Positions 61,082 to 64,000 of a DNA stretch of 64,000 bases are shown one piece after another (within the stretch, counting starts at the first letter, position 1; each line of letters opens with the position of its first letter). The notes under the pieces are model-generated. The model searched no databases and had not been told where the DNA came from. It was given only the letters and a program-made list of their open reading frames with translations. The translations under genes were made by a program, and so were the position numbers. Source of the stretch: Candidatus Eiseniibacteriota bacterium (GTDB taxonomy: Bacteria > Eisenbacteria > RBG-16-71-46); contig CAVSAC010000014.1 in assembly GCA_963725865.1 (NCBI GenBank), forward strand, positions 896,001-960,000. Direction: 5' to 3'.

Positions 61082-62307
61082 CAGGCCGTCTCCTCGAGCC
61101 GCGACCAGCGTCGCAGCCGGCGCGACGAATGGATGACGCCGGTCAGCAGCAGGGCCCAGCCGGTGAGCGGGATCATCAGGCTCGCGACCATCGCCAGGCC
61201 GAGCGTCAGCATGAGCAGTCGCCGCGCGAGATCGGCGCGTGGGAACATCGTCACCCCGTAGTTCACCCCGAGCGCGGCGATCGCGGCGCCGGCGACGCCG
61301 GTCCAGACCGCGAACACTCGTGCGGCGACGGGCGAGAGGTCGCGCGCCGCGGCCGCGTGCGCCAGCAACAGGACGGCCAGCACCAGCGACGCGGATGCGG
61401 CGCGCGCGGTCCACAGCGCGCGCGCGTCCACCGGCAGGACCCGCAGCACCGCAAAGGGGTCGCTCCCCGACAACGCCACCAGCCAGTCCGCGAGCGTGCC
61501 GGCGGCCAGCAACGCGAGCGCGAACGCGAGCGCGCGCCGGAGCGCGAGCGGCTCGATCGGCAGCGACCACGCCGCCAGCGAGGCGATCACGCAGGCGGTC
61601 AGCGGCAGCAGGCGCATGCGGGCGGCCGACGGGGCGAGCGTGATCCGCACGTCCTTCCGCCACAGCGCGCGCCACGTTCCCTCGCGGCGGTAACGCGGCG
61701 CCGGGCGCCGCCCCGCCGCGCTGCCGCGGGCGACCCGCTCGAGCACTCGCGTGACCCGATCGAGCCCGGGGCGGCGGCGGGTGCGGAGCGCGGCGAGTCG
61801 GAACGCGAGCGCGCTGGCGAGCCAGGTGGCGAGTGCCAGTGTCCCCGCGAACGCCGCCAGCAGGCCGAGCAGCGCCCAGGGCGATACGAGCGCCCACGCC
61901 GCGGAGAGCATCGCGAGCGCGGGCGGCACCATCAGCCAGGCGGGCGCCGACGCCTCCCAGGTCAGATGGGCCGCGAGGGTGCTCGGAGCAATGGGTAACG
62001 CGAGCCACTCGGGGCCCGGCACCGTGCGCGTGAGGAGCGCGAACTGGCGCCCGGCCACCGCGAGCGCGCCCGCTCCCACGAGCAGTCCGAGATGGAGCCC
62101 GAGGCGCCGCGCCACCGCGGGAGCGCCCGCCGTGTAGGCGAGCCCGTCGAGCGGGACGCGCTCCTGCCAGAACAGGAACGCAAGCACCAGCGCGGCCAGC
62201 GCCAGCAGCTCGAGCCGCAGGACGGGGTCGAGCTGACGCACACGGCGCACCAGCAGCGCGCGCCGCAGGGCGCCGAAAGCGGGGACGGATCGGGTGGGTC
62301 GGGTCAT
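61081..62307 (-). CDS. Putative ABC exporter permease
   Basis: Multiple TM segments; ALWRKD motif; translationally coupled to the ATPase. Confidence 0.7.
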   Translation of the reverse strand: MTRPTRSVPAFGALRRALLVRRVRQLDPVLRLELLALAALVLAFLFWQERVPLDGLAYTAGAPAVARRLGLHLGLLVGAGALAVAGRQFALLTRTVPGPEWLALPIAPSTLAAHLTWEASAPAWLMVPPALAMLSAAWALVSPWALLGLLAAFAGTLALATWLASALAFRLAALRTRRRPGLDRVTRVLERVARGSAAGRRPAPRYRREGTWRALWRKDVRITLAPSAARMRLLPLTACVIASLAAWSLPIEPLALRRALAFALALLAAGTLADWLVALSGSDPFAVLRVLPVDARALWTARAASASLVLAVLLLAHAAAARDLSPVAARVFAVWTGVAGAAIAALGVNYGVTMFPRADLARRLLMLTLGLAMVASLMIPLTGWALLLTGVIHSSRRLRRWSRLEETA

Positions 62308-62393
62308 GACGAGCGCGTGGATTCTAGCCGAGTCCCTGCCGCGCGCGCAGCGGCCTTTGCGTGGCCAGGCCCCCGTGGCACCATGCGGGCGCC

Positions 62394-63308
62394 ATGGCCG
62401 ATCCAGCGCTTGCCCTCTGGTCCCCCGCATACGCGTGCGACATCGGTCCTCACGTGTTCCCCACCGAGAAGTACGCGCGAGTCCGCGATGAGTTGCTCGC
62501 GGCCGGCGTGCTGCGATCGGACGAGGTGGTCGAGCCGGGCCCGATCGCGCGAGCGGAGCTCGAGCGCGCGCACACCGCCGCCTACCTCGACGACCTCGAG
62601 ACGCTGCGCTGGACCCCGCGGACGATGGCGTCGGAGCTGCCGCTGGACGCGGGCGTGGTCGCGGCGTACCGGCTGGCGGCGAGCGGCACGCTCGCGGCCG
62701 CCCGCATCGCGCTCGCCCGCGGCGCGGGCGTGCACATCGGCGGGGGCTTCCATCACGCCTTCGCGGACCGGGCCGAGGGCTTCTGCTACCTGAACGACCT
62801 CGCGATCGCGGCTCGCGTCGTACTGGCCGAGGGCCCGGCGCGCCGGGTGGCCATCGTCGACCTCGACGTACACCAGGGCAACGGCACCGCGCGCATCTTC
62901 GAGGGCGACCCGGCCGTGTTCACGCTCTCCGTCCATCAGGAGGACAACTACCCCGTGCCCAAGCAACGCAGCACGCTCGACGTCGGACTCGCGAACGGCA
63001 CCGGCGACGACGCCTACCTGGCGCGACTCGACGACGCCTTGGACGCGGTCTGGGCCTTCGCACCGGACCTGGTGCTGTATCAGGCGGGCGCGGATCCGTT
63101 CCACGAGGATCAGCTGGGCGGTCTCGCGCTCACGCACGCGGGACTGGCGGCCCGCGACGACCGCGTCATCGCGGGCGCCGCGACGCGCGGGATCCCGCTC
63201 GCGGTCACGCTGGGCGGCGGCTACGCACGCCGTCTCGAGGACACGGTCGCGATCCATGTCGCGACCTGCACCGCGGCGTTGCGGACGGTGCGCGGAGGTG
63301 GGCGATGA
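62394..63308 (+). CDS. Histone deacetylase family protein
   Basis: HVFPTEKY, GGGFHHA, GFCYLND, DLDVHQGNGT, AGAD and GGGY. Confidence 0.95.
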   Translation: MADPALALWSPAYACDIGPHVFPTEKYARVRDELLAAGVLRSDEVVEPGPIARAELERAHTAAYLDDLETLRWTPRTMASELPLDAGVVAAYRLAASGTLAAARIALARGAGVHIGGGFHHAFADRAEGFCYLNDLAIAARVVLAEGPARRVAIVDLDVHQGNGTARIFEGDPAVFTLSVHQEDNYPVPKQRSTLDVGLANGTGDDAYLARLDDALDAVWAFAPDLVLYQAGADPFHEDQLGGLALTHAGLAARDDRVIAGAATRGIPLAVTLGGGYARRLEDTVAIHVATCTAALRTVRGGGR

Positions 63309-64000
63309 TTCGCGCCTGGGTGACCGTGGCGGAGACGGTCCGCGAGGCCAGCGCCGACGAGGCGGCGCGCCTGGCACGGGAGGGCCGCGCGCATGCGTGG
63401 ATCGACATCGAGGGCGAGAGCGTGGACGCCGGCCGGGCGCTGCTCCAGGATCTCGGGGTGCATCCCCTGGCGATCGACGACATGCTGGCCGAGCTCAACC
63501 GCCCCAAGGTCGACAACTACGGCGAGTATTGTTACCTCGTGGTGCACTCGGCGCGCTGGGACCAGGATCGGCCCAGCCTGCGCGAGATCGACATCCTGCT
63601 GTCCCCGCGACTGCTGGTGACCTACCACGATGGCGCCACGCGCTCGGTGGACGCCGCCGCGAACGCCCTCGGCCGGCGCCCGGTACTGCTGACGCGCGGA
63701 CCGTCGGTCCTGCTCCATTTCCTCCTCGACGTCATGGTCGACGGATACCTGCCGATCATGGATCGCGTCGGTGAGGAGATCGACACGTTGCAGGAGCAGC
63801 TGTTCGAGAGCGCCGGGCGCGCGATGCAGATGAGGATCATCCACCTCAAGCGCGGCATGTCGGCGCTGAGGCGGGTCGTGGGACCGCAGCGCGACACGAT
63901 GCTCGCGCTCACCCGCGACGAGCTGCCGGGGATCGGCGCGGAGATGCGGCCGTACTACCGCGACGTCTACGACCGTCTGGCGCGGGTCAGCGACCTGCTC
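63305..64000 (+). CDS. CorA family Mg2+ transporter, 3'-truncated by the window edge
   Basis: WIDI, VHPLAIDD...RPKVDNY, LDVMVDGY and YYRDVYD; ATG overlaps the HDAC stop. Confidence 0.88.
   Translation, partial: MIRAWVTVAETVREASADEAARLAREGRAHAWIDIEGESVDAGRALLQDLGVHPLAIDDMLAELNRPKVDNYGEYCYLVVHSARWDQDRPSLREIDILLSPRLLVTYHDGATRSVDAAANALGRRPVLLTRGPSVLLHFLLDVMVDGYLPIMDRVGEEIDTLQEQLFESAGRAMQMRIIHLKRGMSALRRVVGPQRDTMLALTRDELPGIGAEMRPYYRDVYDRLARVSDLL

Overview
Very GC-rich bacterial chromosome segment containing the probable replication origin. The core cluster is dnaA-[oriC]-dnaN-DUF721/DciA-gyrB-orf-gyrA-rex; rpmH is not upstream and recF is absent. The OM beta-barrels, TonB receptor, TSP3-OmpA and secreted proteins with FlgD-Ig-like C-terminal tails indicate a diderm, possibly of the FCB group (for example Ca. 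Eisenbacteria; this is inference only). The left part holds housekeeping genes (metG, tatD, rsmA, eda, ogt, thiL, arfB-like), a decaying mini-island (a nucleotidyltransferase with an internal deletion and an ACP-like remnant), and a two-component system next to a secreted Cys/His-repeat protein. Several genes look like catalytically degenerate enzymes. The most notable region is a ~15.5 kb phosphate-starvation island on the minus strand: phoB-phoR, a secreted beta-helix/FlgD-tail protein, a TonB-dependent receptor, an unknown exported protein, a small putative DNA-binding protein, a porin, two pstS copies, pstCAB and phoU. Four of its promoters carry 11-nt-periodic PHO-box-like repeats. Many genes appear leaderless, with a -10 box 6-10 nt before the start codon and no SD. 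No rRNA, tRNA, CRISPR array or intact mobile element was recognised. All family assignments come from motif recognition by eye, not database searches.
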